The notes under the pieces are model-generated. The model had not been told where the DNA came from. It searched no databases and was given only the letters and a program-made list of their open reading frames with translations. From Oceanispirochaeta sp. (GTDB taxonomy: Bacteria; Spirochaetota; Spirochaetia; DSM-2461), in NCBI GenBank assembly GCA_963666275.2, contig CAXXOA010000001.1:256001-320000 (forward strand): DNA of 64,000 bases. Reading direction: 5' to 3'. A program made the position numbers and the translations under genes. The stretch's first letter is position 1, and every line of letters begins with the position of its first letter. This document shows, one piece after another, positions 20,659 to 30,543 of this stretch.

Positions 20659-22117
20659 CAGTAGAAACAGTCACAGCGTAGAGAAAATCGGCGGAACATC
20701 CATGTCTGATTTCAATGCTGTAAAGAATAATATTATACTCAACGACAAGTTTAAAACTGCCCCATATAACAGGATTTTCGTGGTTTCCGCCTATGCGGGG
20801 ATTACCGATGCCCTTCTGGAGCATAAGAAGAGCGGAGACCCCGGTGTGTACGGTTACTTTGCCCGGAGCGATAATTCCAGAGGCTGGGAAGAAGCGCTGA
20901 AGGGTGTGAATCAGCTTTTTGTGGATATAAATCACCGCCTGTTTCAGGATCCCCTTGAGAGAGAAAAGGCTGACCGGTTTATTCTGGACAGGACAGAAAG
21001 CACCCATGAATGTCTGAGAGAACTGGACAACCTCTGCCGTCATGTTCACTTCAATCTGGGAGATCATCTCAGTACCGTCCGGGAGATGCTTGCCAGTCTG
21101 GGAGAAGCTCACAGTGCCTGGAATACCGCCCGTTTACTCCAGCTCCACGGAGTCAATGCCCGGTTTCTGGATCTGACAGGTTGGGAGGACGAGACTAAAA
21201 CACCTCTGGATGACCGGATCCGCCGGGCCTTTGAGGGGGTTGATCTGGAAACGGAACTACCCATCGCCACAGGATACGCCCACAGTGACAGGGGTCTTAT
21301 GGGGACCTTCAACAGGGGCTACAGCGAAATGACTTTCAGCCGGATTGCGGTCCTGACCGGGGCCGCCGAAGCGGTTATTCATAAAGAGTACCATCTCAGC
21401 AGTGCGGACCCCAAAATCGTGGGGGTGGAAAAATCCGTTCCCATCGGGTTTACCAACTACGATGTGGCGGATCATCTGTCCAATCTGGGAATGGAGGCCA
21501 TTCATCCCAAAGCCGCCAAGGGGCTCAGGAAAAACGGGATCTCCCTGAGGATCAAAAATACCTTTGAACCGGAACATCAGGGAACCCTGATCACGCGGGA
21601 TTACTCCTCCACCCGTCCCATGGTTGAAATCATTGCAGGCCGGCGGGATATCTACGCCTTTGAGATTTTTGATCAGGAAATGATCGGCAAGATCAGCCAG
21701 TACGAAACCCGGGTCCTGAATATCATCGAACAGTACCGGGTCTATCAGGTTTCAAAAACCATTAATGCCAATACGATAACCCACTTTCTCAGCGGCAGCC
21801 TCAAAAATCTGGATCGGATCCGGGTTGCTGTGAATGAAATCCTGCCGGCCAGTGAGATCACCCAGAGAAAAGTCGGCCTTGTCTCCATTATCGGTTCGGA
21901 TATGAAAACACCGGGGATCCTGCTGAAAGCCCTCCAGGCTCTCTATGATAATAAAATCAATATAATGGGAGTTCAGCAGAGTACCAGAGAGGTTGAAATT
22001 CAGCTGATCCTTCAGGAGGAGATGGTTGATCAGGCTATCAGAGCTCTCCATGCTTCCCTGATCGAGGTGCATAATCACGGCAAAGCCATCAATCAGTGTG
22101 ATCACAGAGCCTCCTGA
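20648..22117 (+). CDS. ask: Ectoine-associated aspartate kinase (Ask_Ect)
   Basis: HSVEKIGGTSM, RGYSEMTFS, HKEYHLSSADP, GMEAIHP, C-terminal ACT; overlaps ectC. Confidence 0.92.
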   Translation: MISDSRNSHSVEKIGGTSMSDFNAVKNNIILNDKFKTAPYNRIFVVSAYAGITDALLEHKKSGDPGVYGYFARSDNSRGWEEALKGVNQLFVDINHRLFQDPLEREKADRFILDRTESTHECLRELDNLCRHVHFNLGDHLSTVREMLASLGEAHSAWNTARLLQLHGVNARFLDLTGWEDETKTPLDDRIRRAFEGVDLETELPIATGYAHSDRGLMGTFNRGYSEMTFSRIAVLTGAAEAVIHKEYHLSSADPKIVGVEKSVPIGFTNYDVADHLSNLGMEAIHPKAAKGLRKNGISLRIKNTFEPEHQGTLITRDYSSTRPMVEIIAGRRDIYAFEIFDQEMIGKISQYETRVLNIIEQYRVYQVSKTINANTITHFLSGSLKNLDRIRVAVNEILPASEITQRKVGLVSIIGSDMKTPGILLKALQALYDNKINIMGVQQSTREVEIQLILQEEMVDQAIRALHASLIEVHNHGKAINQCDHRAS

Positions 22118-22188
22118 GATGTAAAAGGCGGTTGGAAAACCGTCACTTCCATCTTTTAAACCCTCCGGGGATGTGGTACAATCCCTGC

Positions 22189-22629
22189 ATGACTCAGGTT
22201 ATTGCAGCAGCCGGGGCAGGTATCAGCCTCCTGGCAGGTTTAACATATTACTTCAGAAAGAAAATCAACCGGCGGAGGGAAGAGAAAAATGATCTGACCC
22301 TTCATCGGAATCTTGAACGGCTTATTGATCAGGATCAGTACGAATACTACCTGATCGATGTGCGTTCGGAAAACGAATACAGGAAAGGGCATATTCCCAC
22401 AGCGGTCAATGTGCCCTACGGTGAACTGGGTTCCTTTCTCCCCACGGATAAACTTTTCTGCAATATCGTGGTCTACGGCAGATCTCCTCTTCAGTCCAGC
22501 AGGGCTTCGGCTATCCTGGAGGAAACCGGATATTTTAATGTAACCAGTTTCGGTCCTTTCTTCCGCTGGCGCGGAAAAGTGGCCCGTCCGGAGAGTCAAA
22601 CCAGGGAATCAGCCGTAAAAAGCAGCTGA
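22189..22629 (+). CDS. Membrane-anchored rhodanese-like protein
   Basis: N-terminal TM, IDVRSENEYRKGHIPTAVNVP; active-site Cys replaced (VVYGRS). Confidence 0.8.
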   Translation: MTQVIAAAGAGISLLAGLTYYFRKKINRRREEKNDLTLHRNLERLIDQDQYEYYLIDVRSENEYRKGHIPTAVNVPYGELGSFLPTDKLFCNIVVYGRSPLQSSRASAILEETGYFNVTSFGPFFRWRGKVARPESQTRESAVKSS

Positions 22630-22723
22630 AAATCCTGTCCTTCCATTTTATGGCTTAGTATATTAGTGAAAGAACCTCAGATAATCTTTTGTGTTAGATT
22701 ATTTTCCCACCAAGGAGAGACTA

Positions 22724-25702
22724 GTGTCTGAAAAATTTGAATATCCCGATACATTCCGTCTGATTTCAACAGACGAACTTGAAGAATACAGAGGCAGGGG
22801 CTACCTGTTTGAACATATTGCCACAGGCTGTCAGATCTACCATGTGCATAATGATGACCAGGAGAACCTTTTCTCCTTCAATTTCAGGACTCCTCCGGAG
22901 GACAGCAGCGGGGTGGCTCATATCCTGGAGCATTCAGTGCTCTGCGGATCAAGGAATTTTCCCGTTAAGGACCCCTTTGTTTCCATGATGAAGGGGAGTG
23001 TGAATACATTTCTCAATGCCATGACCTATCCGGATAAAACCCTCTACCCCTCAGCCAGTGTCCTGGAAAAAGACTATTTCAACCTGATGCATGTGTACGG
23101 GGACGCTGTCTTTTTCCCTCTTCTGAAAAAAGAGGTTTTCCGGCAGGAGGGGCATCGTCTGGAACGGGATGACGAGGGCAATCTCCAGAGGGTGGGGATC
23201 GTCTATAACGAGATGAAGGGCAACTACTCCTCACAGGAGAGCATTGCCGCCGAATGGTCCATCCGGTCTCTTTTTCCCGATACCCCTTACGGCGTCGATT
23301 CGGGCGGGGATCCCGAGTTCATCCCCTCACTGACCTATGAAAAATTTCTGGAGTTTCATAAAACCTACTATCATCCCTCGAACTGCCGGATTTTCCTTTA
23401 TGGAGATATCTCCTCTCAGAAAAATCTCTCTTTCCTGGAGGAACACTTCCTTTCTGAATTTACCCGCAGAGAGGTGGATTCGGCGGTTCCGCTTCAGCCG
23501 GATTGGGACGCTCCTGTGGAGATGGAAGCTTCCTGGCCCAGCGGGGAGGACGACAAGTCCGGCGGGATGACCACACTTCTTCTGAACTGGAAAACAATCG
23601 GTCCCGAAGATCCTGTCCGCAGCCTGAGTCTGTCCATTCTGACGGAGATGCTGATGGGCAACAGCGGGGCTCCCCTTCAGAAGGCTCTTCTGGAATCGGA
23701 TCTTGGTGATGATGTCTCCCATGTGAGCGGTATCGATTTTGATCTGAATCAGGCTGCCTTTACCATAGGCATGAGAGGTTCGGATCCGGATAAAAAAGAG
23801 GCCTTCAGAGAACTGGTTTACCGAGTTCTCCGGGAGCTGGCGGACAAGGGATTTCCCGAAGATCTGAAAGAGAGCTGCCTGCGGCTGGTGGAATTCCGCG
23901 CCCGGGAGGTAAAGGGGGGCGGACCCTTCGGTATGCGCCTTCTGAAGAAGGCCCTGAAAGGATGGAACTACGATCATCCCCCTGTGCTGACTATGGAATT
24001 TGCGCCGCATATGGAAACAGTCCGGAAGCTGGCCCGGCAGAAAGGATACTTCGAAGGCCTGCTGAAAGAGCTGATCCTTGACAATCCCCACTGTTCTCTG
24101 GTGGTTGTCAAACCCGATTCCACACTGACCAGAAAGCAGAAAGAGGCCCTGAAACAAGAGCTTGAAGCTCTGGACAGGGCCATGGGAGCGGAAGACAGGG
24201 AGCTTCTTGACAGGGAGAATCAGGCTCTGAGAGTTTTTCAGGAATCGGGAGACACCCCCGAAGCCAGGGAGACCATTCCCTCTCTGGATATCAGTGATAT
24301 CCCCCGGGAGGTGGAAACCATTCCCTGTTCTGTGGAAGAAACCCCTGAAATGACCATTTACAGACAGGAGGTTTTTACCAACGGTATCCTCTATGCGGAC
24401 ATGGCTTTCGACCTGTCCGGACTGGATGAGGCCTATATGCCCTACCTTCCGCTCTTCTGCAAAGCCCTGACCCAGACGGGACTGCCCGGTATCTCCTATG
24501 ATGTGATAACCCGGGAGCTTGCCATGAAAACAGGCGGGTTCGGCGCTTCGGTAGAAGCATCTCACAAGGTGGATTCCTCCCGGGATGATCAGCCGGAAAG
24601 GTATTTTTATGTCCGCCTCAAAATGCTTGAAAATCAGCGTAACGAAGCTCTGGAACTGGCGGGTAAACTGCTTCTCCAGGCGGATTTTGACAATACGGAA
24701 CGTCTCGAGCAGCTCCTGAAAGAGAGCCTGAATGATATGAAAGCCTCGCTGGTTCCCGGCGGGCACTCCTATGTGTCCCTGAGAGCCAACAGCCGCCGTT
24801 CCCGGGCTTCTGCTCTGGATGATCTGTGGTTCGGCATTACCCAGGTGGAATTCCTCTCCCAGTTGAATCAGGCGGATAAAAAGGCTCTGCTTCCGGCTGT
24901 CTCCCGGGTTCTGAAGGGAATCCGTTCCCATGTCATCACTGCCGGAGGAGTCTCTCTGAGTCTGACAATGGATGAAAAATCCATGCCTCTCCACAGCAGC
25001 AGGATTGCGGGGTTCTGGAAAGATCTTCTGCCCGCCTCCGCGGGGGATGTTCCCTTCCCCTCCGGGGATCTGCCGGTTTCTCCGCTGCCTCCCGCTCCCG
25101 AGGAAGGGAGCTTCCAGGAGGGCCTCTCCATCCCCGCTTCCATCGGTTTTGTCGCCGCATCCCTGAAGGGCACCGCCCTGGGAACTCCTGAACATGCCGG
25201 TCAGATCCTGCTGAGTCATCTGATGAAAATCGGTCCACTCTGGGAGAAAATCCGGATGAAGGGAGGCGCCTATGGAGCCTTTTCCTCCCTTTCGGGGCTG
25301 GAAAAGACCTTTACCTTTGCCACCTACAGGGATCCTCATATTGAGGAAACCCTGAAAGCCTTCAGAGAGAGCCTGGAGGAATTCCTTGCTTTTGATGACA
25401 GGGTCGAGCTGGACAAGTCGCTGATTACCGTGATCGGTCGGGAGATGCGGCCCCTTTCTCCCTCGGAAAAAGGGATGATCTCACTGAAACGGCATCTTTA
25501 CGGGATCAGTGATGAGCTGCGGCAGAGGAAACGGGAGCAGCTGATGGCAATGACTCCCCGGGAAATTCAGAAGGCCTCCCGATCACTTCTGGATCTCTGG
25601 GAGAACGCTGTGATCGAGGTTATGGCTCATCCGGATCGTCTTGATTCGGCTGCAGAGCAGTGGCCCGGTTTAAAAGACCGCCGGATCGAGCTGCCCCAGT
25701 AA
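22724..25702 (+). CDS. Insulinase-family M16C metallopeptidase (PreP-like)
   Basis: HILEH inverted zincin, NTFLNAMTYPDKT, VYNEMKG, IRMKGGAYG, TYRDP; start GTG 22724 (or 22691). Confidence 0.93.
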   Translation: MSEKFEYPDTFRLISTDELEEYRGRGYLFEHIATGCQIYHVHNDDQENLFSFNFRTPPEDSSGVAHILEHSVLCGSRNFPVKDPFVSMMKGSVNTFLNAMTYPDKTLYPSASVLEKDYFNLMHVYGDAVFFPLLKKEVFRQEGHRLERDDEGNLQRVGIVYNEMKGNYSSQESIAAEWSIRSLFPDTPYGVDSGGDPEFIPSLTYEKFLEFHKTYYHPSNCRIFLYGDISSQKNLSFLEEHFLSEFTRREVDSAVPLQPDWDAPVEMEASWPSGEDDKSGGMTTLLLNWKTIGPEDPVRSLSLSILTEMLMGNSGAPLQKALLESDLGDDVSHVSGIDFDLNQAAFTIGMRGSDPDKKEAFRELVYRVLRELADKGFPEDLKESCLRLVEFRAREVKGGGPFGMRLLKKALKGWNYDHPPVLTMEFAPHMETVRKLARQKGYFEGLLKELILDNPHCSLVVVKPDSTLTRKQKEALKQELEALDRAMGAEDRELLDRENQALRVFQESGDTPEARETIPSLDISDIPREVETIPCSVEETPEMTIYRQEVFTNGILYADMAFDLSGLDEAYMPYLPLFCKALTQTGLPGISYDVITRELAMKTGGFGASVEASHKVDSSRDDQPERYFYVRLKMLENQRNEALELAGKLLLQADFDNTERLEQLLKESLNDMKASLVPGGHSYVSLRANSRRSRASALDDLWFGITQVEFLSQLNQADKKALLPAVSRVLKGIRSHVITAGGVSLSLTMDEKSMPLHSSRIAGFWKDLLPASAGDVPFPSGDLPVSPLPPAPEEGSFQEGLSIPASIGFVAASLKGTALGTPEHAGQILLSHLMKIGPLWEKIRMKGGAYGAFSSLSGLEKTFTFATYRDPHIEETLKAFRESLEEFLAFDDRVELDKSLITVIGREMRPLSPSEKGMISLKRHLYGISDELRQRKREQLMAMTPREIQKASRSLLDLWENAVIEVMAHPDRLDSAAEQWPGLKDRRIELPQ

Positions 25703-26909
25703 TTCTGCTTTTGAGTATAAGAGGAAGCAGAACGGCCTGAAATCCCAGGACAGGAAGGAATATGAGGAATGTTCTCAGATTATCCTGTCTGAGGGAGGGC
25801 AGGAAATTCACCGCGGAAGTGAAAAGCAGGACCCCCAGCTGGATCTGCCAGAACCGGATCATCACTTTTTTGCGTTTCTGCTGATCCGCCCGGGGGTAGA
25901 GGAATATAAAAAGCAGATAAAGAGGATGGATCAGGAAGGCATTGATATTCTCATGGGCTACCAGATGGTTGGAGAAGAAGGCCAGGAAGTAGAGAAGACA
26001 TCCCGCCAGTCCCAGCGCCAGAAACAGCGTTTTCAGTACAAACCGGCTGAATCGTCTTAGATGGCGGGTGGAGGTAAGGGATCCGGTTTGCAGGAGCAGC
26101 AGGACAAATCCTGCAATCAGGCCGAGCAGAAGGGCCTGATTGCTGTTGGTCGGGGCTCTTTCCGGTATGGACTGGCGGCCTTCCGCCTTTATTCGGTATT
26201 CCGTATTCAGTACAAGGGGCTGTGTCCCTTCCGGGGTACTTATCTGCAGATAGGAGACCTGTTTCATCAGTTCATCCGGCAGGAACATGGTATCCCACTC
26301 GGTAATATCCCTGTCTATGCTCCGGCCCTGGAGAAAAGAAAGGAGCCAGTCTCCCCAGAAACTGTGGCTGCTGTAGCGGCGGAAGCTCTCTCTGAAACTG
26401 GTCACCCCTGAGATCTCTGTGGCTTCCCGGAGCTGCCCGTCTACGGCTTCATCTATGAGATCCCGGATTCTGGTGGAACAGTTGTCCAGATAGTGATGAT
26501 AGAGGTAGGTGTTGTTCCCCGGCTGAACCTTCCACTGCAGATACTCTGCCATAGCGGCAATCTTTTCATCACTCAGATTCAGGGTCTGAATCGTCACATC
26601 CCTGTTCTCCCGGACGATATAGTTCATATAGGCTCTGGCTGATACCCCTACGGAAGAGTATACAAGCCGTCCCATGGCAAAGTTGCGGTAGAAATGGTCC
26701 GCTTCAAATGAGAAATTTCCGAAATCATAGAAAACCGCCCGGCCGGTTTGAGTATTTTCCAGGATCAGCCCCGTATGGCCGAACCAGACGTACAGGGGAT
26801 CTCCCGGACCGACCGTAACAAGGGAACAGTTCCAGATCTTTTCCTCTGAAGAACCAAAGGCTGGAAAGAGAAGTAAAATCATAAAGAGAGCCAACAGCAG
26901 TTTTTTCAC
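25620..26909 (-). CDS. DUF4105 / Lnb-like lipoprotein N-acyltransferase candidate
   Basis: GPGDPLYVWFGH, YDFGNF, YLDNCSTRIRD, FLP motifs plus C-terminal TM helices. Confidence 0.75.
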   Translation of the reverse strand: MKKLLLALFMILLLFPAFGSSEEKIWNCSLVTVGPGDPLYVWFGHTGLILENTQTGRAVFYDFGNFSFEADHFYRNFAMGRLVYSSVGVSARAYMNYIVRENRDVTIQTLNLSDEKIAAMAEYLQWKVQPGNNTYLYHHYLDNCSTRIRDLIDEAVDGQLREATEISGVTSFRESFRRYSSHSFWGDWLLSFLQGRSIDRDITEWDTMFLPDELMKQVSYLQISTPEGTQPLVLNTEYRIKAEGRQSIPERAPTNSNQALLLGLIAGFVLLLLQTGSLTSTRHLRRFSRFVLKTLFLALGLAGCLLYFLAFFSNHLVAHENINAFLIHPLYLLFIFLYPRADQQKRKKVMIRFWQIQLGVLLFTSAVNFLPSLRQDNLRTFLIFLPVLGFQAVLLPLILKSRITGAARSGGLLNRATALQPNQDDPDEP

Positions 26910-27063
26910 CGGAAAAAGTACCTCCAGGTATCAAATCGGAAAAGTTTCAGGATAATATTAATTGATGAGGGTTAATTTTTCTACCCTATTGATTTTTTCT
27001 ATTTATCTCTGGTAAAGATTTATGTTAGAATAAGCCTCAATAAAAAGGCATAAGGAGCAATTT

Positions 27064-27249
27064 ATGGCTGAAAAAGAAACCCTGGTAGTATCTTCCAAGG
27101 TTAAGAATTACATCAAAACCACTGGAGATCTGAAATGTTCTGCTAAAGTTATTGATGTTCTTTCTGACAAGATCCGCGAAATGTGTGACGCTGCTGTCGA
27201 AAATGCAAAGAATGATAAAAGGAAAACCGTACAGGAAAAGGATTTCTAA
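27064..27249 (+). CDS. Bacterial histone-fold protein (Bd0055/HBb-like)
   Basis: LVVSSKVKNYIK...S...IDVLS...AVENAKNDKRKTVQEKDF histone-fold pattern; AAGGAG RBS, own terminator. Confidence 0.9.
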   Translation: MAEKETLVVSSKVKNYIKTTGDLKCSAKVIDVLSDKIREMCDAAVENAKNDKRKTVQEKDF

Positions 27250-27278
27250 TTTGCATTAGAAGCTGTAAAAAATGTATC

Positions 27279-27312
27279 AGGCCGCCCTTGTTGTAAAGGG
27301 TGGCTTTTTTTT
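27279..27312 (+). terminator. Intrinsic terminator after histone gene
   Basis: AGGCCGCCCTT-loop-AAGGGTGGCTT followed by T-run. Confidence 0.85.
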
Positions 27313-27762
27313 GCCCTGATTATTACAGCTTCGGGAGATATGAGCGCGATTGCCTCTCCATATATTAAAATTGTAATTCATCTTTTTCTAGTTCAATTCT
27401 ACATCATCCTAATAAATCATTTATTTCTTACCTTTGAAGTACTGTTGTATTTCTGCAAGTTAATTTTTTTATGAATAGGAATCAAACATACAATGAGAAA
27501 TACAGAATCCCCTCTTCCAGAATGGAACATTGGGATTATTCCTCTCCGGCAGCCTACTTTATAACCATATGCACTAATAACCGTTCCCATTTTATGGGGC
27601 AGGTCTGCAAGAGGAAAATGCAATTGTCTGAGATCGGAAAAATGGCCTATAACAATTGGAAGAATATACCTCAACAGTTTCCCGTTATTGTACTCGATGA
27701 ATTTATCATAATGCCGGATCATATCCATGGTATAATCCGCATCCCCCACCCAAAAAACAGGA

Positions 27763-27870
27763 ATGGTAAAACCTCTGGTGATGGTAAAACACAGGGTGAT
27801 GGTAATAAACAGGGTGATGGTAATAAACAGGGTGATGGTAATAAACAGGGTGATGGTAATAAACAGGGTG
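27763..27870 (+). repeat. 18-bp tandem repeat in RAYT CDS (2 degenerate + 4 identical copies)
   Basis: ATGGTAATAAACAGGGTG x4 at 27799-27870, variants at 27763 and 27781; encodes (GNKQGD)n. Confidence 0.95.
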
Positions 27871-27873
27871 ATG

Positions 27874-27901
27874 GTAAAGACGCGATTAATCGCGTCTCTA
27901 C
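27874..27901. repeat. REP palindrome inside RAYT CDS
   Basis: GTAAAGACGCGATTAATCGCGTCTCTAC. Confidence 0.85.
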
Positions 27902-28206
27902 GGTGGATCAAACCAATACGGATGCAACCTGTCTCTCTGTAACGGCAATTATAAAACCTGTGGATGGACATATCGCTAATACCGGAACTGGTGGTGTAAC
28001 CGGTTCGTATAATCCAATGATAAATCAGAATATTTCCAGGATTATCAGATGGTACAAGGGCAGGACTACATTTGAATGCCGAAAAATCAATAAAAACTTC
28101 GGCTGGCAGGAACGCTATTATGACCACATAGTCAGATCAGATATATCCCTATACAGGATCAGGCAGTATATCAGAAACAACCCGGCAAAATGGCTATCAT
28201 AATCAA

Positions 28207-28252
28207 TATATCCGGGTAGGGACGCGAATAATCGCGTCTCTATCCGGATATA
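28207..28252. repeat. REP palindrome just downstream of RAYT with extended arms
   Basis: TATATCCGG-GTAGGGACGCGAATAATCGCGTCTCTAT-CCGGATATA. Confidence 0.85.
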
Positions 28253-28404
28253 ATCAACGACATAACCACGGATATTTTCTATATATCCAATGGTTTTATG
28301 GATATAACAACCCCTTCCTAAGGTATGACCTTTCAGCTCTTTACTGGACAAATAGAATCACCCGCCGGATAATTTAATCAAAAGTTTATTTCAGGGGTAA
28401 TCAG

Positions 28405-30543
28405 ATGAGTCAATCCATACAGAGATCTGTCAGAAGAAAAGATGCCGTTGACAAGGCATCAGGAAGAATGAACTATCTGGCCGATCAGTTCCCTGTTTCC
28501 CCTTTGTATGGGCGGTTTTATTATTCTACCGTCGCCAGGGGACGGATAAAAAAGGTAAGCCTTCCGGATATTCCCGAAGGATACAGCATTTTCGGTGCAA
28601 AGGATGTGCCTGGTGAAAATGCCATTAATATGATTAAAAAGGATTGGCCTGTTTTTGCAGATACTGAAGTCCGCTATATCGGTCAGATCATTTTTATGAT
28701 CGTAGGACCTGAAAAGGACAGGATTCTGGAACTCCGGGATGCTATCCGGGTTGAGTATGAAGAATTGACTCCCTGCTATACCCTGGAGGATTCTGAAAAC
28801 CTTCTGGGCGGGGCTCAGCATGAAGACAATAATGTTTTTACCGAATACAGGATCAGTTACGGAAATACGGAAGATGTTTTTTCCCGGGCTCACAGGGTTC
28901 TGGATAATCAGTACTATACGGGGTATCAGGAGCATGTCTACCTGGAGCCCCAGAGCCTGTTCGCCCACTGGGAGGATAACTCGGTGGTCGTTCATGCTTC
29001 CGCCCAGTGTCCCTACTATATCCGGCACAGCATGACAAGCGCTCTGGGACTGGATGAGGAACAGGTCAGGATTATCCAGACTCCTACAGGAGGCGCCTTC
29101 GGAGGAAAAGAACACTTCCCCGACGTTCTCGCCTGCCCCCTGGGGGTGGCTGTGTATCATCTGAAACAGCCTGTTCTTGTGGTTCTGGACAGAAAGGAAG
29201 ACCTGGCCTATTCGGTAAAAAGGCATCCCAGTATCACCCATATCAGGACCGCTCTGGACAGGGACGGGAATATCCTGGCCCATGATATTGATCTGAAACT
29301 GGACGGCGGCGCTTTTGAAAGCTGCAGTATGGTTGTGCTGCAGCGGGCTGTTTTTTCGGTTCCCAATGTGTACAACATCCCCCATGTGAGAATCCGGGGA
29401 AGAGCATTCTGTACCAATAAGCCCGCCTCCGATGCTTTCAGAGGATTCGGGGCACCTCAGGCTATCTTTGCCATGGAGTCCCATATGAACTATCTGGCTG
29501 CGGAACTGGGAAAGGATCCTCTCTCTTTCAGACAGGAGTATCTTCTGAAACAGGGGGATCCCACCGTCACAGAGGGGCGGATCCATGAAAACGTCATGCT
29601 TCCTGAAATGACGGAAAGAGTCATGGCAATGTCCGGTTACAGAGAAAAATACGAAGCCTACAAGAGCGAGCCCTATAAGGGAATCGGTCTGTCCTATTTT
29701 ACCCACGGATGCGGATTTACAGGAAGCGGTGAACGGGATCTTATCAAGGCCCGGGTAAAGCTTGTTAAAACAGCGGATGACAGAATAGAAGTTTCAGGGT
29801 CCAACGTTGAGATGGGACAGGGCTTGATTACCACGTTCTGCAAGATCGCTGCCGAAGCGGCGGGAGTGGAACTGGACAGGGTGGAATACATGACTCCCGA
29901 TACGGCTCTGGTACCTGATTCGGGGCCTACTGTGGCATCCCGGTCCATTGCCGTGGTGGGATATCTTATCAAAAAAGCCGCGGAAGAGCTTAAAAGGAAC
30001 TGGAAATCCGGAGAAGAACAGACTGTCTATCAGGATTATACTCCCCCCTCCAATCAGGTTCCCTGGGACGGGGTGGCTCTCAAGGGAGACGCCTATCCGG
30101 CCTACAGCTGGGGAGTCAATGTGATTGAAGTCGAGGTGGATCCCCTGACATTCGAAATAGAAACCACCGGGATATGGGGTGTCTACGATGTGGGTGTTCC
30201 CATAGACAGGAAGATTGTGGAAGGCCAGATAGAAGGCGGTATGATTCAGGCCCTGGGTTATGCCAACCTGGAGAAGCTGGAAGTCAAAGACGGCCGGTTC
30301 CGGCAGGCCACCCTGGCGGACTATATTATTCCCACCAGTATGGATTTTCCGTCCATGGAAAGCGATATCCAGGAGAATCCCTACGAATATGGTCCTTTCG
30401 GAGCAAAAGGGGCGGGAGAGATGGTCTTTGACGGGGCCGCCCCGGCCTATACGGCGGCAGTGTCTCAGGCTGTGGATAGAGTGATTGATGAAATACCGGT
30501 TCTGCCGGAAACCCTTATGGAGTTGACAGATGAAGGAAGGTAA
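28405..30543 (+). CDS. Xanthine dehydrogenase family molybdopterin-binding subunit
   Basis: QEHVYLEP, GGAFGGK, AFRGFGAPQ, EMGQG, GQIEGG, GAKGAGE. Confidence 0.92.
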   Translation: MSQSIQRSVRRKDAVDKASGRMNYLADQFPVSPLYGRFYYSTVARGRIKKVSLPDIPEGYSIFGAKDVPGENAINMIKKDWPVFADTEVRYIGQIIFMIVGPEKDRILELRDAIRVEYEELTPCYTLEDSENLLGGAQHEDNNVFTEYRISYGNTEDVFSRAHRVLDNQYYTGYQEHVYLEPQSLFAHWEDNSVVVHASAQCPYYIRHSMTSALGLDEEQVRIIQTPTGGAFGGKEHFPDVLACPLGVAVYHLKQPVLVVLDRKEDLAYSVKRHPSITHIRTALDRDGNILAHDIDLKLDGGAFESCSMVVLQRAVFSVPNVYNIPHVRIRGRAFCTNKPASDAFRGFGAPQAIFAMESHMNYLAAELGKDPLSFRQEYLLKQGDPTVTEGRIHENVMLPEMTERVMAMSGYREKYEAYKSEPYKGIGLSYFTHGCGFTGSGERDLIKARVKLVKTADDRIEVSGSNVEMGQGLITTFCKIAAEAAGVELDRVEYMTPDTALVPDSGPTVASRSIAVVGYLIKKAAEELKRNWKSGEEQTVYQDYTPPSNQVPWDGVALKGDAYPAYSWGVNVIEVEVDPLTFEIETTGIWGVYDVGVPIDRKIVEGQIEGGMIQALGYANLEKLEVKDGRFRQATLADYIIPTSMDFPSMESDIQENPYEYGPFGAKGAGEMVFDGAAPAYTAAVSQAVDRVIDEIPVLPETLMELTDEGR

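Larger units (their letters stand above)
27471..28202 (+). mobile_element. REP-associated tyrosine transposase (RAYT, Y1 HUH)
   Basis: YFITICT, IMPDHIHGII (HUH), WQERYYDHIVR, YIRNNPAKW. Confidence 0.88.

Noticed and set aside
23327..25339. 670-aa antisense ORF (also 38423-39733, 28459-29706, 18921-20102 and other long shadows)
   Set aside because: Lie opposite well-supported genes with no recognisable motifs; expected from codon bias
27333..27359. Possible degenerate REP upstream of RAYT (GGAGA...CGCGATT...TCTCC)
   Set aside because: Too diverged from the two clear copies to call
27763..27870. Repeat array as CRISPR
   Set aside because: Contiguous 18-bp units with no spacers, in frame within a CDS, no cas genes
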